This document shows positions 1-10,209 of a DNA stretch of 64,000 nt, one piece after another. Below the pieces are notes generated by a model. The model saw only the letters and a list, made by a program, of their open reading frames with translations. It had not been told where the DNA came from and made no database searches. How positions within the stretch are numbered: position 1 is the stretch's first letter; the number at the start of each line of letters is the position of its first letter. The translations under genes and the position numbers were made by a program. This stretch comes from Pseudomonas sp. (GTDB taxonomy: Bacteria; Pseudomonadota; Gammaproteobacteria; Pseudomonadales; Pseudomonadaceae): the NCBI RefSeq assembly GCF_035554175.1, contig NZ_DATMIV010000018.1, positions 84,076 through 148,075 of the forward strand. The letters are read 5' to 3'.

Positions 1-614
1 AGCGCAAACAACGCGCCCGCCGCTTCCGCCGGGACCAGCGCGTCCAGCCCGCCGAACAGATGAAACTGCGGGCCGCGAAACGCCTGCAACGCCTGGCGCG
101 TGTCCAGCTGCGCAAGCAGTTCCAGCCCCCCCATCAGCATTGCTGGTGCGGTTGTCGGTGCGCCCCCCAGCAGCAAGCGCGACAAGCCACGGGGGTCTGG
201 CGAACCTTGCGCGCACAACAAAGCGAAGCGTTTGAGCGTTATCTGCGGGTCGGCCTGGCAACCGGCCAGAAACCCGTCGAATGTTTTGCCGGGCATCGCT
301 TCCGGCCATTGCTCATGGGCGACAAACGAAGGATTGCTCGCCAGCGTCAGCAAGCCGCAGCAAGCCTCGTCACGACGCGCAGCCAATTCGCACGCGAGCA
401 TGCCGCCCAGCGACCAGCCCCCCAGCCACGCCTCTTGAGGAAGGCGTGCGTCGAGTTCATCGAGCCAGTCCTGCAGGTCAGCGGAATCCAGCTCCGGCAG
501 CGGCTCGATCTCGACATGCAGATGTTGGTCGAGGCCACGCAATGCCGCCGCCAGCGGCTCCATCGGCGACACGCCAAGGCCCCAGCCGGGCAGCAGGATC
601 AGGCGATTACGCAT
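1..614 (-). CDS. bioH: pimeloyl-ACP methyl ester esterase BioH (C-terminus runs off the window)
   Basis: Manual minus-strand translation from ATG 614-612 gives [21 protein letters not shown]... with a GWSLGG nucleophile motif. It overlaps the bioF stop by 8 nt and fits bioB-F-H order. Confidence 0.85.
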   Translation of the reverse strand, partial: MRNRLILLPGWGLGVSPMEPLAAALRGLDQHLHVEIEPLPELDSADLQDWLDELDARLPQEAWLGGWSLGGMLACELAARRDEACCGLLTLASNPSFVAHEQWPEAMPGKTFDGFLAGCQADPQITLKRFALLCAQGSPDPRGLSRLLLGGAPTTAPAMLMGGLELLAQLDTRQALQAFRGPQFHLFGGLDALVPAEAAGALFA

Positions 615-1785
615 AATCGGGCTCCAACGACAATCGGGCGAAACAATCCGCCAGCCCTTCCAGCAACCGTTGCACCTGCGCCTCGCTGTGCGCGGCAGTC
701 AGGGTTACGCGCAGTCGAGCGCTGCCCGCCGCAACGGTCGGCGGGCGGATTGCAGTGACCATCAAGCCACGCTCGCGCAACATCTGCGAGAACCGCACCG
801 CGCGCCCGGCATCGCCGATCAGGATCGGCTGGATCGGCGTGAAACTGTCCATCAGCTCCAACCCGATCTGCTCGGCGCCGTTGCGGAACTGACGGACCAG
901 CGCCTGCAAATGTTCACGGCGCCAATGTTCGCTGCGCAGCAGTTCAAGACTTTTGAGCGTCGCGCAGGCCAGCGCCGGTGGTTGGCTGGTGGTGTAGATG
1001 TACGGGCGAGCAAACTGAATCAGGCTTTCGATCAACTCTTCGCTGCCAGCCACAAACGCGCCGGCAGTGCCGAAGGCTTTGCCAAGGGTGCCGACCAGCA
1101 CCGGCACGTCCTCCTGGCTCAAGCCGAAATGCTCGACAATGCCGCCACCGTTGGCACCCAATGGGCCAAAGCCATGAGCATCATCGACCATCAGCCAAGC
1201 GCCTTTGGCCTTGGCCTCCCGGGCCAGCGCCGGCAAGTTGGCAATGTCGCCGTCCATGCTGAACACGCCGTCGGTGACCACCAGCGTATTGCCGGTGGCT
1301 TTCTCCAGACGCTTGGCCAAACTGTCGGCGTCGTTGTGCAAATAACGATTGAAACGCGCGCCGGACAACAGACCCGCGTCCAGCAAGGAAGCGTGATTGA
1401 GCCGGTCTTCGAGCACCGTATCGCCCTGCCCGACCAGCGCCGTAACCGCGCCGAGGTTGGCCATGTAGCCGGTGGTGAACAACAGCGCACGCGGACGTCC
1501 TGTGAGATCGGCGAGTGCTTCTTCCAGTGCGTGATGTGCGCTGCTATGGCCGATGACCAGATGCGACGCGCCACCGCCCACGCCCCAGCGCTCAGCGCCG
1601 GCGCGCCAGGCGTCGATCACCTGCGGGTGGTTGGCCAGCCCCAGATAGTCGTTGTTGCAAAACGCGAGCAACGGCTGACCGTCGACCACTACTTCCGGGC
1701 CTTGCGGCGATGCGAGCAGCGGGCGCTGGCGATAGAGGTTGTCGGCACGGCGGGCAGCAAGGCGTGCGGCGAGATCGAAAGACAT
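607..1785 (-). CDS. bioF: 8-amino-7-oxononanoate synthase
   Basis: 392-aa ORF with PLP aminotransferase class II pattern ([26 protein letters not shown]), lying between bioB and bioH. Confidence 0.95.
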   Translation of the reverse strand: MSFDLAARLAARRADNLYRQRPLLASPQGPEVVVDGQPLLAFCNNDYLGLANHPQVIDAWRAGAERWGVGGGASHLVIGHSSAHHALEEALADLTGRPRALLFTTGYMANLGAVTALVGQGDTVLEDRLNHASLLDAGLLSGARFNRYLHNDADSLAKRLEKATGNTLVVTDGVFSMDGDIANLPALAREAKAKGAWLMVDDAHGFGPLGANGGGIVEHFGLSQEDVPVLVGTLGKAFGTAGAFVAGSEELIESLIQFARPYIYTTSQPPALACATLKSLELLRSEHWRREHLQALVRQFRNGAEQIGLELMDSFTPIQPILIGDAGRAVRFSQMLRERGLMVTAIRPPTVAAGSARLRVTLTAAHSEAQVQRLLEGLADCFARLSLEPDYA

Positions 1786-1826
1786 GCAGGCCTCGTTCGA
1801 ATGATGTTATCAGAGTGGAACCGCCC

Positions 1827-1919
1827 CCTGTGGGAGCGAGCCTGCTCGCGAATGGGCGTCACATCCAACATAGATGTTGGCGGACAAACCGCTTTCGCGA
1901 GCAGGCTCGCTCCCACAGG
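1827..1919. repeat. REPIN, family A (inverted pair of GTGGGAGCGAGCCTGCTCGCGAA)
   Basis: Arms at 1827-1852 and 1894-1919 are reverse complements; located in the bioB/bioF gap. Confidence 0.9.
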
Positions 1920-1954
1920 GGTTTTGCATTCCTTCAGAGCAATCCGCGCAGTTT

Positions 1955-3010
1955 TTACACCGCAGCGTTATAGAACTGCTCGCTGGTCTTCTGCTCCACC
2001 AGCGCCTGCTCGATCGCCGCTTGGTGAACCTCATCGGCATGTTCTTCGCGAGCTTCCGGCTGGATACCGAGGCGTGCGAACAGCTGCATATCCTTGTCCG
2101 CCTGCGGGTTGGCGGTGGTGAGCAATTTGTCGCCGTAGAAAATCGAGTTAGCGCCAGCGAAAAACGCCAGAGCCTGCATTTGTTCATTCATTGCCTCACG
2201 ACCGGCAGACAGGCGCACGTGGGATTGCGGCATGAGGATGCGCGCCACGGCCAGCATGCGGATGAAGTCGAACGGATCAATGTCTTCGGCGTTTTCCAGC
2301 GGCGTACCGGCGACTTTTACCAGCATGTTGATCGGTACCGATTCCGGATGCTCGGGCAGGTTGGCCAACTGGATCAGCAGGTTGGCGCGGTCGTCGAGCG
2401 ATTCGCCCATGCCGAGAATGCCGCCGGAGCAGATTTTCATCCCCGACTCGCGCACATAGGCCAGCGTCTGCAGGCGCTCGCTGTAAGTGCGGGTGGTGAT
2501 GATGCTGCCGTAGAACTCCGGCGAGGTGTCGAGGTTGTGGTTGTAGTAATCGAGGCCGGCCTTGGCCAGCGCTTCGGTCTGCTCCTGATCGAGACGCCCG
2601 AGGGTCATGCAGGTTTCCAGGCCCAGGGCCTTCACACCTTCAACCATCTTCAACACGTAGGGCATGTCTTTGGCCGAGGGATGTTTCCACGCCGCGCCCA
2701 TGCAGAATCGCGTCGAACCGATGGCTTTGGCGCGGGCCGCTTCTTCGAGGACCTTCTGCACTTCCATCAGTTTTTCTTTTTCCAGGCCAGTGTTGTAGTG
2801 CCCGGACTGCGGGCAGTACTTGCAGTCTTCCGGACAGGCGCCGGTCTTGATCGACAACAGCGTCGAAACCTGCACGCGGTTGGCGTTGAAATGTGCGCGG
2901 TGCACCGTTTGCGCCTGGAACAGCAAGTCGTTGAATGGCTGTACGAAGAGTGCCTTGACTTCAGCCAGAGACCAATCGTGACGCAGGGTGGCAGTGGTGC
3001 TCGCGCTCAT
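1955..3010 (-). CDS. bioB: biotin synthase
   Basis: Radical-SAM motif [11 protein letters not shown]. Start moved to ATG 3010 ([15 protein letters not shown]), preceded by AAGGAA. Confidence 0.95.
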   Translation of the reverse strand: MSASTTATLRHDWSLAEVKALFVQPFNDLLFQAQTVHRAHFNANRVQVSTLLSIKTGACPEDCKYCPQSGHYNTGLEKEKLMEVQKVLEEAARAKAIGSTRFCMGAAWKHPSAKDMPYVLKMVEGVKALGLETCMTLGRLDQEQTEALAKAGLDYYNHNLDTSPEFYGSIITTRTYSERLQTLAYVRESGMKICSGGILGMGESLDDRANLLIQLANLPEHPESVPINMLVKVAGTPLENAEDIDPFDFIRMLAVARILMPQSHVRLSAGREAMNEQMQALAFFAGANSIFYGDKLLTTANPQADKDMQLFARLGIQPEAREEHADEVHQAAIEQALVEQKTSEQFYNAAV

Positions 3011-3100
3011 GGGCAATTCCTTGGTTATGCTTGGCTGGCGCCGGGGAAACGGAATACCCACAGGCGCTACACGGATGTTCGGCATATTTAAGGAAGAGTG

Positions 3101-3835
3101 ATGCGCTGTCAACCACGATACCAGGGACAGGTTTACATCTGTTTAAAAAACGTACAGACATGTTTGCTGTGCGATGAGCCCGCAACAGCAGAAATGCCAA
3201 TCTGCGAGGGCTGTGAGACCGATTTGCCTTGGCTCGGTAGCCATTGCCAGACCTGCGCGTTGCCGTTGCCGGCGAATGGCCTGACGTGCGGCGAGTGCCT
3301 GCTAGAGCCGCCGGCGTTCGAACAGGTCGCCGTGCCCTGGGTTTACGGGTTCCCGGTGGACAGTCTGATTACCCGCTTTAAACACAACGCGAAATGGCCG
3401 TTTGGTCACCTGCTCGCCGACGTTCTCGGCCAATACCTGCAGCATCGCTTCGAGGAAGATCTGCCCCGACCCGACGTATTGTTGCCGGTGCCACTGGCGA
3501 ATAAACGTCTACGACGACGGGGCTTCAATCAGGCCGCGATGCTCGCGCGCTGGTTGAGTGTTGCGCTGGATTTGCCGTGTGAAGAGCAGATCCTGCGGCG
3601 AATCAAGGACACCGATGCGCAGCAGGATCTGGATGCCAAGGCGCGCAAACGCAATCTACGCAATGCCTTCACCCTGGCGGCGGATGCACAGGTCAAAGGT
3701 CGGTATCTGGCATTGGTGGATGATGTGCTGACCACGGGAGCGACGGCCCGGGCATTGGCCCGCCTGTTGATGGATGCGGGCGCGGCAAGGGTCGACGTCT
3801 ACTGCCTCGCCCGTACGCCAAAACCCGGCACCTGA
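3101..3835 (+). CDS. ComF-family phosphoribosyltransferase-like protein
   Basis: N-terminal Cys-rich CLLC..CEGC..C..C and C-terminal PRT motif [14 protein letters not shown] 3101 follows AAGGAAG. Confidence 0.8.
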   Translation: MRCQPRYQGQVYICLKNVQTCLLCDEPATAEMPICEGCETDLPWLGSHCQTCALPLPANGLTCGECLLEPPAFEQVAVPWVYGFPVDSLITRFKHNAKWPFGHLLADVLGQYLQHRFEEDLPRPDVLLPVPLANKRLRRRGFNQAAMLARWLSVALDLPCEEQILRRIKDTDAQQDLDAKARKRNLRNAFTLAADAQVKGRYLALVDDVLTTGATARALARLLMDAGAARVDVYCLARTPKPGT

Positions 3836-3930
3836 GCTCAACACACTCCTACAGGTTGTGTGTTCGGCTTGACTCATGCGTTGCAAGTGGCCAACTTTCA
3901 TTTCATCGCCCAAGCCAAAAGCGTTCTGAT

Positions 3931-4695
3931 ATGTCTCTGCCCTCTCTGCTCTCCCAGCACATCGTCCGCCGCCCGCAGCGCATCGCGTTGTTGCAGCACA
4001 TTGCCGAGCAGGGTTCGATCACCCGTGCGGCGAAGAGCGCAGGGCTCAGTTACAAGGCGGCGTGGGATGCGATTGATGAGCTGAACAACCTGGCGCAGAA
4101 ACCCTTGGTCGAGCGCGTGGTGGGCGGCAAGGGTGGCGGTGGCGCCAGATTGTCCAGCGAGGGCGAGCGAGTGCTGCGCCTGTATCAGAAATTGCAGGCA
4201 TTGCAGGCGCAGGTGCTGGAAGCGGCGGAAGACGCCAGCGATCTCGATCTGCTCGGGCGCCTGATGCTCAGGACCAGTGCGCGCAATCAGCTGCATGGCA
4301 CGGTTGTGGCAATTGAAGCGCAAGGTCGCAACGATCTGATCCGCCTCAAACTGGCGCAAGGCATTGGTCTTGATGCGCAGATCACCCACGACAGCACCGT
4401 GCATCTGGAGCTGCAACCCGGCACTGAAGTCGTGGCATTGATCAAGGCCGGTTGGCTCGACCTGCTTGGCACCGACCAGCCTGCAACGCCCGGTCTTAAT
4501 CTTCTCAACGGCACCATCGAAGCCATTCTTCACGCCGACGACGGTCCCAGCGAAGTGCGCATTTCCCTGCTCAACGGCCACACCCTCTGCGCTCTGGCGC
4601 AAGCGCTGCACTTGCGCAGCCAAAACCTGGGTGTCGGCAAGCCGGTTCAGGTGCAATGCGCGCCGTCCAACGTGCTGATCGGCACGCCGCTCTGA
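3931..4695 (+). CDS. modE: molybdate-responsive transcriptional regulator ModE (HTH plus TOBE/Mop domains)
   Basis: GSITRAAKSAGLSYKAAWDAIDELNNL matches the ModE N-terminal signature, and the C-terminal half looks like a TOBE repeat. Start set at MSLPSLL. Confidence 0.75.
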   Translation: MSLPSLLSQHIVRRPQRIALLQHIAEQGSITRAAKSAGLSYKAAWDAIDELNNLAQKPLVERVVGGKGGGGARLSSEGERVLRLYQKLQALQAQVLEAAEDASDLDLLGRLMLRTSARNQLHGTVVAIEAQGRNDLIRLKLAQGIGLDAQITHDSTVHLELQPGTEVVALIKAGWLDLLGTDQPATPGLNLLNGTIEAILHADDGPSEVRISLLNGHTLCALAQALHLRSQNLGVGKPVQVQCAPSNVLIGTPL

Positions 4696-4713
4696 GTCGC
4701 TCCTGCAACAATA

Positions 4714-4730
4714 GCGTCATCGACCCGCAT
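4714..4730 (+). promoter_or_regulatory. possible Pho box upstream of phoX
   Basis: GCGTCATCGACCCGCAT resembles two 7-nt CTGTCAT-like half sites 11 bp apart. CATAAA lies about 13 bp downstream as a possible -10. Confidence 0.3.
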
Positions 4731-4766
4731 TAAGGTGTTGGCCATAAACCATGCAGGGAGCCTGAT

Positions 4767-6668
4767 GTGAGCCTATTAGAAGAAAACCAATCCACTGACC
4801 TGGAAAAAATGGTCGGCCTCAGCCGTCGCGGCTTCATCAGCGCCGGTGCGTTGTGCGGCGCGGCGATGTTCCTCGGCGGCAATCTGTTGAGCCGCAGCGT
4901 CCTGGCCGCCAGCGTCAGCGCCGGCAACAGCCGCTTGCTCGGTTTCGAGAGCATCCCGGCGGCGACCACCGACGCCATCAGTCTGCCCAAGGGTTATAAG
5001 TCCTCGGTGCTGATCAGTTGGGGCCAGCCGTTGCACAAGAATGGCCCGGCCTTCGACCCGAGCGGCAATGGCACCGCTGCCGCGCAGGAAGTGCAGTTTG
5101 GCGACAACAACGACGGTATGAGCCTGTTCGAGTTTCCCGGCGAGAAAAACCGTGCGTTGATGGCGATCAACAACGAATACACCAACTACCGTTACTTGTA
5201 TCCGCACGGCGGCATGCCACAGTCGGCCGAAGACGTGCGCAAGGCACTGGCCTGCGAAGGCGTGTCGGTGATCGAAGTGCAGCGCAAGCACGGTCAATGG
5301 CAGTTCGTGCAGGGCTCGCGCTACAACCGTCGCATCCACGGCAACTCGCCGCTGCGCATCAGCGGTCCGGCCCGCGGCCACGACTTGATGAAAACCGCCG
5401 CCGACAAGCACGGCAAGAAAGTCCTCGGCACCTTCCAGAACTGCGCCAACGGCAAGACTCCGTGGGGCACCTACCTGACCTGTGAAGAGAACTTCACCGA
5501 CTGCTTCGGCAGCAGCAACGCTCAACAGCCATTCGATGCTGCGCAAAAGCGCTATGGCGTCACGGCTGCCAGCCGCGAGATCAACTGGCACCCGTTCGAC
5601 CCGCGCTTCGACATGGCGAAAAATCCCAACGAGCTCAACCGCCACGGCTGGGTGGTGGAGATCGACCCGTTCGATCCGCAATCGACCCCGGTCAAACGCA
5701 CTGCGCTGGGCCGCTTCAAACATGAAAACGCCGCACTGGCCGAGACCGACGATGGTCGCGCCGTGGTGTACATGGGCGACGACGAGCGTGGCGAGTTCAT
5801 TTACAAATTCGTCAGCCGCGATCGCATCAACCACCGCAACCAAAAGGCCAATCGCGACATTCTCGATCACGGCACTTTGTACGTGGCCAAATTCGATGCC
5901 GGCGACGGCAACCCCGATCATCCGAGGGGTCAGGGCCAGTGGATCGAATTGACCCACGGCAAGAACGGCATCGACGCCAGCAGCGGATTTGCCGATCAGG
6001 GCGAAGTGCTGATCCACGCACGCCTCGCCGCCAGCGTGGTTGGCGCAACACGCATGGACCGCCCGGAATGGATCGTCGTCAGCCCCAAGGACGGCCAGGT
6101 TTATTGCACGTTGACCAACAACGCCAAACGCGGCGAAGACGGGCAACCGGTGGGCGGCCCGAATCCGCGCGAGAAGAACGTCTATGGGCAGATTCTGCGC
6201 TGGCGCACCGACCGCGACGATCACGGTTCGAAGACTTTTGCCTGGGATCTGTTCGTGGTTGCCGGCAACCCGGGCGTGCATGCCGGAACGCCGAAAGGTG
6301 GCTCATCCAACATCACCCCGCAGAACATGTTCAACAGCCCGGATGGCCTGGGTTTCGACAAGGCCGGCCGCCTGTGGATTCTCACTGACGGCGACTCGAG
6401 CAACGCCGGCGACTTTGCCGGGATGGGCAACAACCAGATGCTCTGCGCCGACCCTGCGACCGGTGAGATTCGCCGCTTCATGGTCGGGCCGATTGGTTGC
6501 GAAGTGACCGGGATCAGCTTCTCGCCGGATCAGAAAACCCTGTTCGTCGGGATTCAGCATCCGGGGGAGAACGGGGGGTCGACCTTCCCTGAGCACCTGC
6601 CCAATGGCAAGCCGCGCTCTTCGGTGATGGCGATCACCCGAGAGGATGGCGGAATCGTCGGCGCCTGA
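4767..6668 (+). CDS. phoX: PhoX-family alkaline phosphatase (Tat-exported)
   Basis: Twin-arginine leader SRRGFISAGAL and beta-propeller PhoX/DUF839-type blocks (GKTPWGTYLTCEEN, MDRPEWI, SPDGLGFD, GIQHPGE). GTG start after GGGAG. Confidence 0.85.
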   Translation: MSLLEENQSTDLEKMVGLSRRGFISAGALCGAAMFLGGNLLSRSVLAASVSAGNSRLLGFESIPAATTDAISLPKGYKSSVLISWGQPLHKNGPAFDPSGNGTAAAQEVQFGDNNDGMSLFEFPGEKNRALMAINNEYTNYRYLYPHGGMPQSAEDVRKALACEGVSVIEVQRKHGQWQFVQGSRYNRRIHGNSPLRISGPARGHDLMKTAADKHGKKVLGTFQNCANGKTPWGTYLTCEENFTDCFGSSNAQQPFDAAQKRYGVTAASREINWHPFDPRFDMAKNPNELNRHGWVVEIDPFDPQSTPVKRTALGRFKHENAALAETDDGRAVVYMGDDERGEFIYKFVSRDRINHRNQKANRDILDHGTLYVAKFDAGDGNPDHPRGQGQWIELTHGKNGIDASSGFADQGEVLIHARLAASVVGATRMDRPEWIVVSPKDGQVYCTLTNNAKRGEDGQPVGGPNPREKNVYGQILRWRTDRDDHGSKTFAWDLFVVAGNPGVHAGTPKGGSSNITPQNMFNSPDGLGFDKAGRLWILTDGDSSNAGDFAGMGNNQMLCADPATGEIRRFMVGPIGCEVTGISFSPDQKTLFVGIQHPGENGGSTFPEHLPNGKPRSSVMAITREDGGIVGA

Positions 6669-6677
6669 TAAACCGCT

Positions 6678-6741
6678 TTCGCGAGCAGGCTCGCTCCCAC
6701 AGGGGATCGCATTCCAATGTGGGAGCGAGCCTGCTCGCGAA
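6678..6741. repeat. REPIN, family A
   Basis: Inverted arms at 6678-6703 and 6718-6741. Confidence 0.9.
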
Positions 6742-6833
6742 GAGGCCCGACCAGACACCAACCCCCTCAATGCCTGCCATCTGCGCTACCATGCCGAGCC
6801 GGACGCAGCAGCCTGCTGCGCGCAGGAGTCAGC

Positions 6834-7808
6834 ATGGCCCACCCGTTTGAAACCCTCACCCCCGATCTCGTGCTGGATGCCGTCGAAAGCATCGGTTTCC
6901 TCAGCGATGCGCGCATTCTGGCGCTCAACAGCTACGAAAACCGCGTTTATCAGGTCGGCATCGAAGACGCCGAGCCGCTGATCGCCAAGTTCTATCGTCC
7001 GCAGCGCTGGACCAACGCAGCCATCCTCGAAGAACACCAGTTCACCTTCGAACTGGCCGACATCGACATTCCAGTGGTGGCGCCGCTGATCCACAACGGC
7101 GAAACCCTGCACGAACACGCAAGTTTCCGCTTCACGCTGTTCCCGCGCCGTGGTGGCCGTGCGCCGGAGCCGGGCAATCTCGATCAGCTGTATCGCCTCG
7201 GCCAGTTGCTGGGGCGCATGCATGCGGTGGGCGGTACCAAGCCGTTCGAACATCGCGAAGCGCTAGCCGTGGAGAACTTCGGCCATGCCTCGCTGAACAC
7301 CCTGCTCGAAGGCAACTTCATTCCCAAGAGTCTGCTGCCGGCTTACGAGTCGGTTGCCCGCGACCTGCTCAAACGCGTCGAGGATGTCTACGCCGCCGCG
7401 CCGCACCGGAACATCCGCATGCACGGCGACTGCCATCCAGGCAACATGATGTGCCGCGACGAGATGTTCCACATCGTCGACCTCGATGACTGCCGCATGG
7501 GCCCGGCGGTGCAGGACATCTGGATGATGCTTGCCGGCGATCGGCAAGAGTGTCTTGGACAGCTGTCGGAACTGATGGACGGCTACAACGAATTTCACGA
7601 TTTCGACCCGCGAGAACTGGCGCTGATCGAGCCACTGCGCGCATTGCGCCTGATGCACTACAGCGCCTGGCTGGCGCGGCGCTGGGACGACCCGGCATTC
7701 CCGCACAGTTTTCCGTGGTTCGGCACGGAGCGTTATTGGGGCGATCAGGTGTTGGCGTTGCGCGAGCAACTGGCGGCACTGAATGAAGAACCGCTGAAAC
7801 TCTTCTGA
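6834..7808 (+). CDS. srkA: stress-response serine/threonine kinase SrkA (YihE)
   Basis: MAHPFETLTPD...LNSYENRVYQV and HGDCHPGN catalytic loop. The ORF-track start at 6717 reads through a REP arm, so ATG 6834 after CAGGAG is used. Confidence 0.85.
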   Translation: MAHPFETLTPDLVLDAVESIGFLSDARILALNSYENRVYQVGIEDAEPLIAKFYRPQRWTNAAILEEHQFTFELADIDIPVVAPLIHNGETLHEHASFRFTLFPRRGGRAPEPGNLDQLYRLGQLLGRMHAVGGTKPFEHREALAVENFGHASLNTLLEGNFIPKSLLPAYESVARDLLKRVEDVYAAAPHRNIRMHGDCHPGNMMCRDEMFHIVDLDDCRMGPAVQDIWMMLAGDRQECLGQLSELMDGYNEFHDFDPRELALIEPLRALRLMHYSAWLARRWDDPAFPHSFPWFGTERYWGDQVLALREQLAALNEEPLKLF

Positions 7809-7813
7809 TCAAA

Positions 7814-7894
7814 GATCAAAAGATCGCAGCCTTCGGCAGCTCCTACTTTGGAATGCATATCCCTGTAGGAGCTGCCGAAGGCTGCGATCTTTTT
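7814..7894. repeat. REPIN, family B (inverted pair of CTGTAGGAGCTGCCGAAGGCTGCGATCTTTTGA)
   Basis: Inverted arms at 7814-7846 and 7862-7894. Confidence 0.9.
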
Positions 7895-7968
7895 GCTTTC
7901 TGACACGACACATCTATACAACCTCCTTACAATCCCTTCTTTGTCAGTTGCCTGAGCAAGGATTCTGC

Positions 7969-8856
7969 ATGCAAGCCGCCAACCCGCGCCGCGGGTACAT
8001 TCTGGGCCTGAGCGCCTACATTATCTGGGGCCTGTTCCCGATCTACTTCAAAGCCATCGCCGAAGTGCCGGCAGTCGAAATCATCATTCACCGGGTGCTG
8101 TGGTCGGCGCTGTTCGGGGCGCTGTTGCTGATGGTGTGGAAACACCCGGGCTGGCTGCGTGAGCTGCTGGACAATCCCAAGCGTCTGGCGATTCTCGCGT
8201 TGAGCGGCACGCTGATCGCCGCCAACTGGCTGACCTACGTGTGGTCGGTGAACAACGGACGCGTGCTCGAGGCCAGTCTGGGCTACTACATCAACCCGCT
8301 GGTCAATGTGCTGTTGGGCATGGTGATTCTCGGCGAGCGACTGCGGCGCATGCAGTGGCTGGCGGTCGGGCTGGCCGCGATCGGCGTAGCACAGCAGGTG
8401 TGGCAGGTCGGCAGTTTGCCGTGGGTGTCGCTGGCGCTGGCGCTGACCTTCGGTTTCTACGGCTTGATCCGTAAACAGGCACCGGTCAACGCGTTGCCGG
8501 GGCTGGTGGTGGAAACCTGGATGCTGGTGCCGATCGCCATCGCCTGGCTGCTGTTCAACCAGACTGCCACCAGCGTGCAGCCGCAATTCTGGACCACTTC
8601 CGAAGCCTGGTGGCTGGTGGCCGCCGGCCCGGTGACCCTGGTGCCGCTGGTGTGTTTCAACGCCGCCACACGCCATCTGCCCTACACCACCATCGGATTT
8701 CTGCAATACATCGCGCCGACCCTGGTGCTGCTGCAAGCCGTGCTGCTGTTTGGCGAGCATTTGTCGTCGAGCACATTGGTCGCCTTCATGTTTATCTGGG
8801 CCGGTCTGGCCGTTTACAGCGTCGATGCGTGGATAAGTTTGCGTCGGCGCAGCTGA
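7969..8856 (+). CDS. rarD: EamA/RarD-family transporter
   Basis: Ten-TM DMT protein starting MQAANPRRGYILGLSAYIIWGLFPIYFK. ATG 7969 follows AAGGA. Confidence 0.85.
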   Translation: MQAANPRRGYILGLSAYIIWGLFPIYFKAIAEVPAVEIIIHRVLWSALFGALLLMVWKHPGWLRELLDNPKRLAILALSGTLIAANWLTYVWSVNNGRVLEASLGYYINPLVNVLLGMVILGERLRRMQWLAVGLAAIGVAQQVWQVGSLPWVSLALALTFGFYGLIRKQAPVNALPGLVVETWMLVPIAIAWLLFNQTATSVQPQFWTTSEAWWLVAAGPVTLVPLVCFNAATRHLPYTTIGFLQYIAPTLVLLQAVLLFGEHLSSSTLVAFMFIWAGLAVYSVDAWISLRRRS

Positions 8857-8877
8857 TCAAAAAACGCTCAAACCTCC

Positions 8878-8902
8878 ACAGGCCACGGTTCTCGTGGCCT
8901 GT
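8878..8902 (+). terminator. 10-bp stem-loop downstream of rarD (no U-tract)
   Basis: ACAGGCCACG-gttct-CGTGGCCTGT. Confidence 0.4.
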
Positions 8903-8919
8903 ACCGTTCCTTCCCAAGG

Positions 8920-8928
8920 TTATCCACA
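8920..8928 (+). promoter_or_regulatory. perfect DnaA box TTATCCACA
   Basis: Exact 9-mer in the context GGTTATCCACAGC; non-coding rarD/gcvR gap. Confidence 0.7.
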
Positions 8929-9032
8929 GCGTGATCCCCGCCGTTTGTGCGCAAGTCACTGAAAGTTGGCGATTTTTTGAACAATTGCCGCAAAGCCACG
9001 GCCGATGTGGCGTGGCGCCCTGTCTCTACAGG

Positions 9033-9041
9033 TTATCCACA
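9033..9041 (+). promoter_or_regulatory. perfect DnaA box TTATCCACA
   Basis: Exact 9-mer in the context GGTTATCCACAGG, 113 bp after the previous box and in the same orientation. Confidence 0.7.
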
Positions 9042-9079
9042 GGCAGGTGCACGTTAAACCTGAATAACCTCTCGGGCGT

Positions 9080-9598
9080 TTAATCCTCTGTGCGCAACAC
9101 CAGTTCCACCATCAGATCGTCGGCCAGCGTTTCAAGGCGCGCCTGCAACACATCCAGGGACAGCGTCAGCGGCACCGCCAGAATCGCCTCGGCGTGAAAC
9201 AGTGACTCGCTGCTCATCGGTGCGGGGCGCACCTCAGTCACCAGCCTTTCCAGATTCACGCCCTGCTCGCTCAACAGCCGCGTGATATCCCGGACGATGC
9301 CCGGCCGGTCATTGCCGACCAGCTCCATGGCGATCGGCTTCCAGGTGCAGGATTGCTCGACACCACTCTCGGCGATGAGTACGCGGATGCCATGCGCGGA
9401 CAGGGCCTGTAGAGAATCGACCAGTTCATCGTACGCCTCTGCCGGGACACCCACGCGCAATATCCCGGCGAACTGCCCGGCCATCCGCGACATGCGACTC
9501 TCCAGCCAGTTGCCGCCGTGCTCGGCGATGCATTGGGCAATGCGCTCGACCTGGCCGGGCTTGTCCGGAGCGAAGACGGTGAGTACGAGATGGTCCAT
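9080..9598 (-). CDS. gcvR: glycine cleavage system transcriptional repressor (tandem ACT domains)
   Basis: MDHLVLTVFAPDKPGQVERIA... followed by a second ACT repeat, ELVGNDRPGIVRDITRLL. Confidence 0.8.
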   Translation of the reverse strand: MDHLVLTVFAPDKPGQVERIAQCIAEHGGNWLESRMSRMAGQFAGILRVGVPAEAYDELVDSLQALSAHGIRVLIAESGVEQSCTWKPIAMELVGNDRPGIVRDITRLLSEQGVNLERLVTEVRPAPMSSESLFHAEAILAVPLTLSLDVLQARLETLADDLMVELVLRTED

Positions 9599-9687
9599 GG
9601 CGCAGCCCTCAGTTCATGACTTTTGTTATCGAAGGGCAAGTATAGGCAAGAGGATTGATTCAGATGGGCCAGCCGCTGCGCAGAATC

Positions 9688-9796
9688 TGTGGCCAGGGAG
9701 CTTGCTCTCGCTGGCGGCCGCAGGACGCCCTTGTGCAGTCATTGATATTTTTGCGACTACTGCGCAGCCGAGCGGGAGCAAGCTCCCTCGCCACAA
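9688..9796. repeat. REPIN, family C (inverted pair of GTGGCGAGGGAGCTTGCTCCCGCTGG; left arm slightly diverged)
   Basis: Arms at 9688-9714 and 9768-9796. Confidence 0.85.
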
Positions 9797-10209
9797 CAGC
9801 GCACCGACCAGAAGCTGCGCCAAAGGCAGCCTGAGCAATATTTATGTGTACAACTTTTGATATTTAGCTGGAACAATCCAATGCTTTTTTGAGAACATCC
9901 CGTTCCGCGACGTGACCGCAATGCGTCATGAGGTCGCAGAACGACGTAATTAGTCTGATTTTCACAAGCGCAACTCATCATGTAGTATGCCGCAGCGCGC
10001 ACTACATAACGCTGGATCGATGTCTGCCCAAGGCCCTTCGCAATCCTGAAAGCCCCGTCAGCAAGGCCTCCAAGCCGTTGATTGGTGCCTGGCCCAGCCG
10101 CCAGCAATGGCATGTACTGGTCGGCAGGTTTGTGGTTTAAATGGCCAGAAGCTTCATTGTTAAATTGACGAGCTGAAAAGCGAAATAGCTGAGCAGAGTG
10201 AGGCAAGCA

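Noticed and set aside
60-758. Plus-strand ORFs of 232/112/111 aa at the window start.
   Set aside because: They lie antisense to bioH, whose minus-strand translation shows the GWSLGG esterase motif. The plus-strand products are Arg/Ala/Pro-rich with no motifs.
3105-3165. GGTTTACA half-site near the bioB/comF divergent region, considered as a BirA operator.
   Set aside because: Only one half-site is present, the inverted partner TGTAAACC is absent, and the site lies inside the comF-like coding sequence.
6717-6833. N-terminal extensions given by the ORF track. Others are at 21545-21700, 34246-34317, 37405-37560, 49974-50078, 25464-25667, 46793-46921 and 53848-54060.
   Set aside because: The extensions translate REP arms (WERACSR, GASLLAK) or Arg-rich junk and lack ribosome-binding sites. 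Internal ATGs with SD sequences, family-typical N-termini or ATGA coupling were preferred.
9599-10209. 610-bp gcvR/glcB intergenic region with an AT-richer stretch and a small hairpin (ATGTAGT...ACTACAT near 9979), considered as an sRNA or riboswitch.
   Set aside because: I could recognise no terminator, no conserved riboswitch core and no clear promoter. It most simply holds the glcB promoter/operator plus a family-C REPIN.
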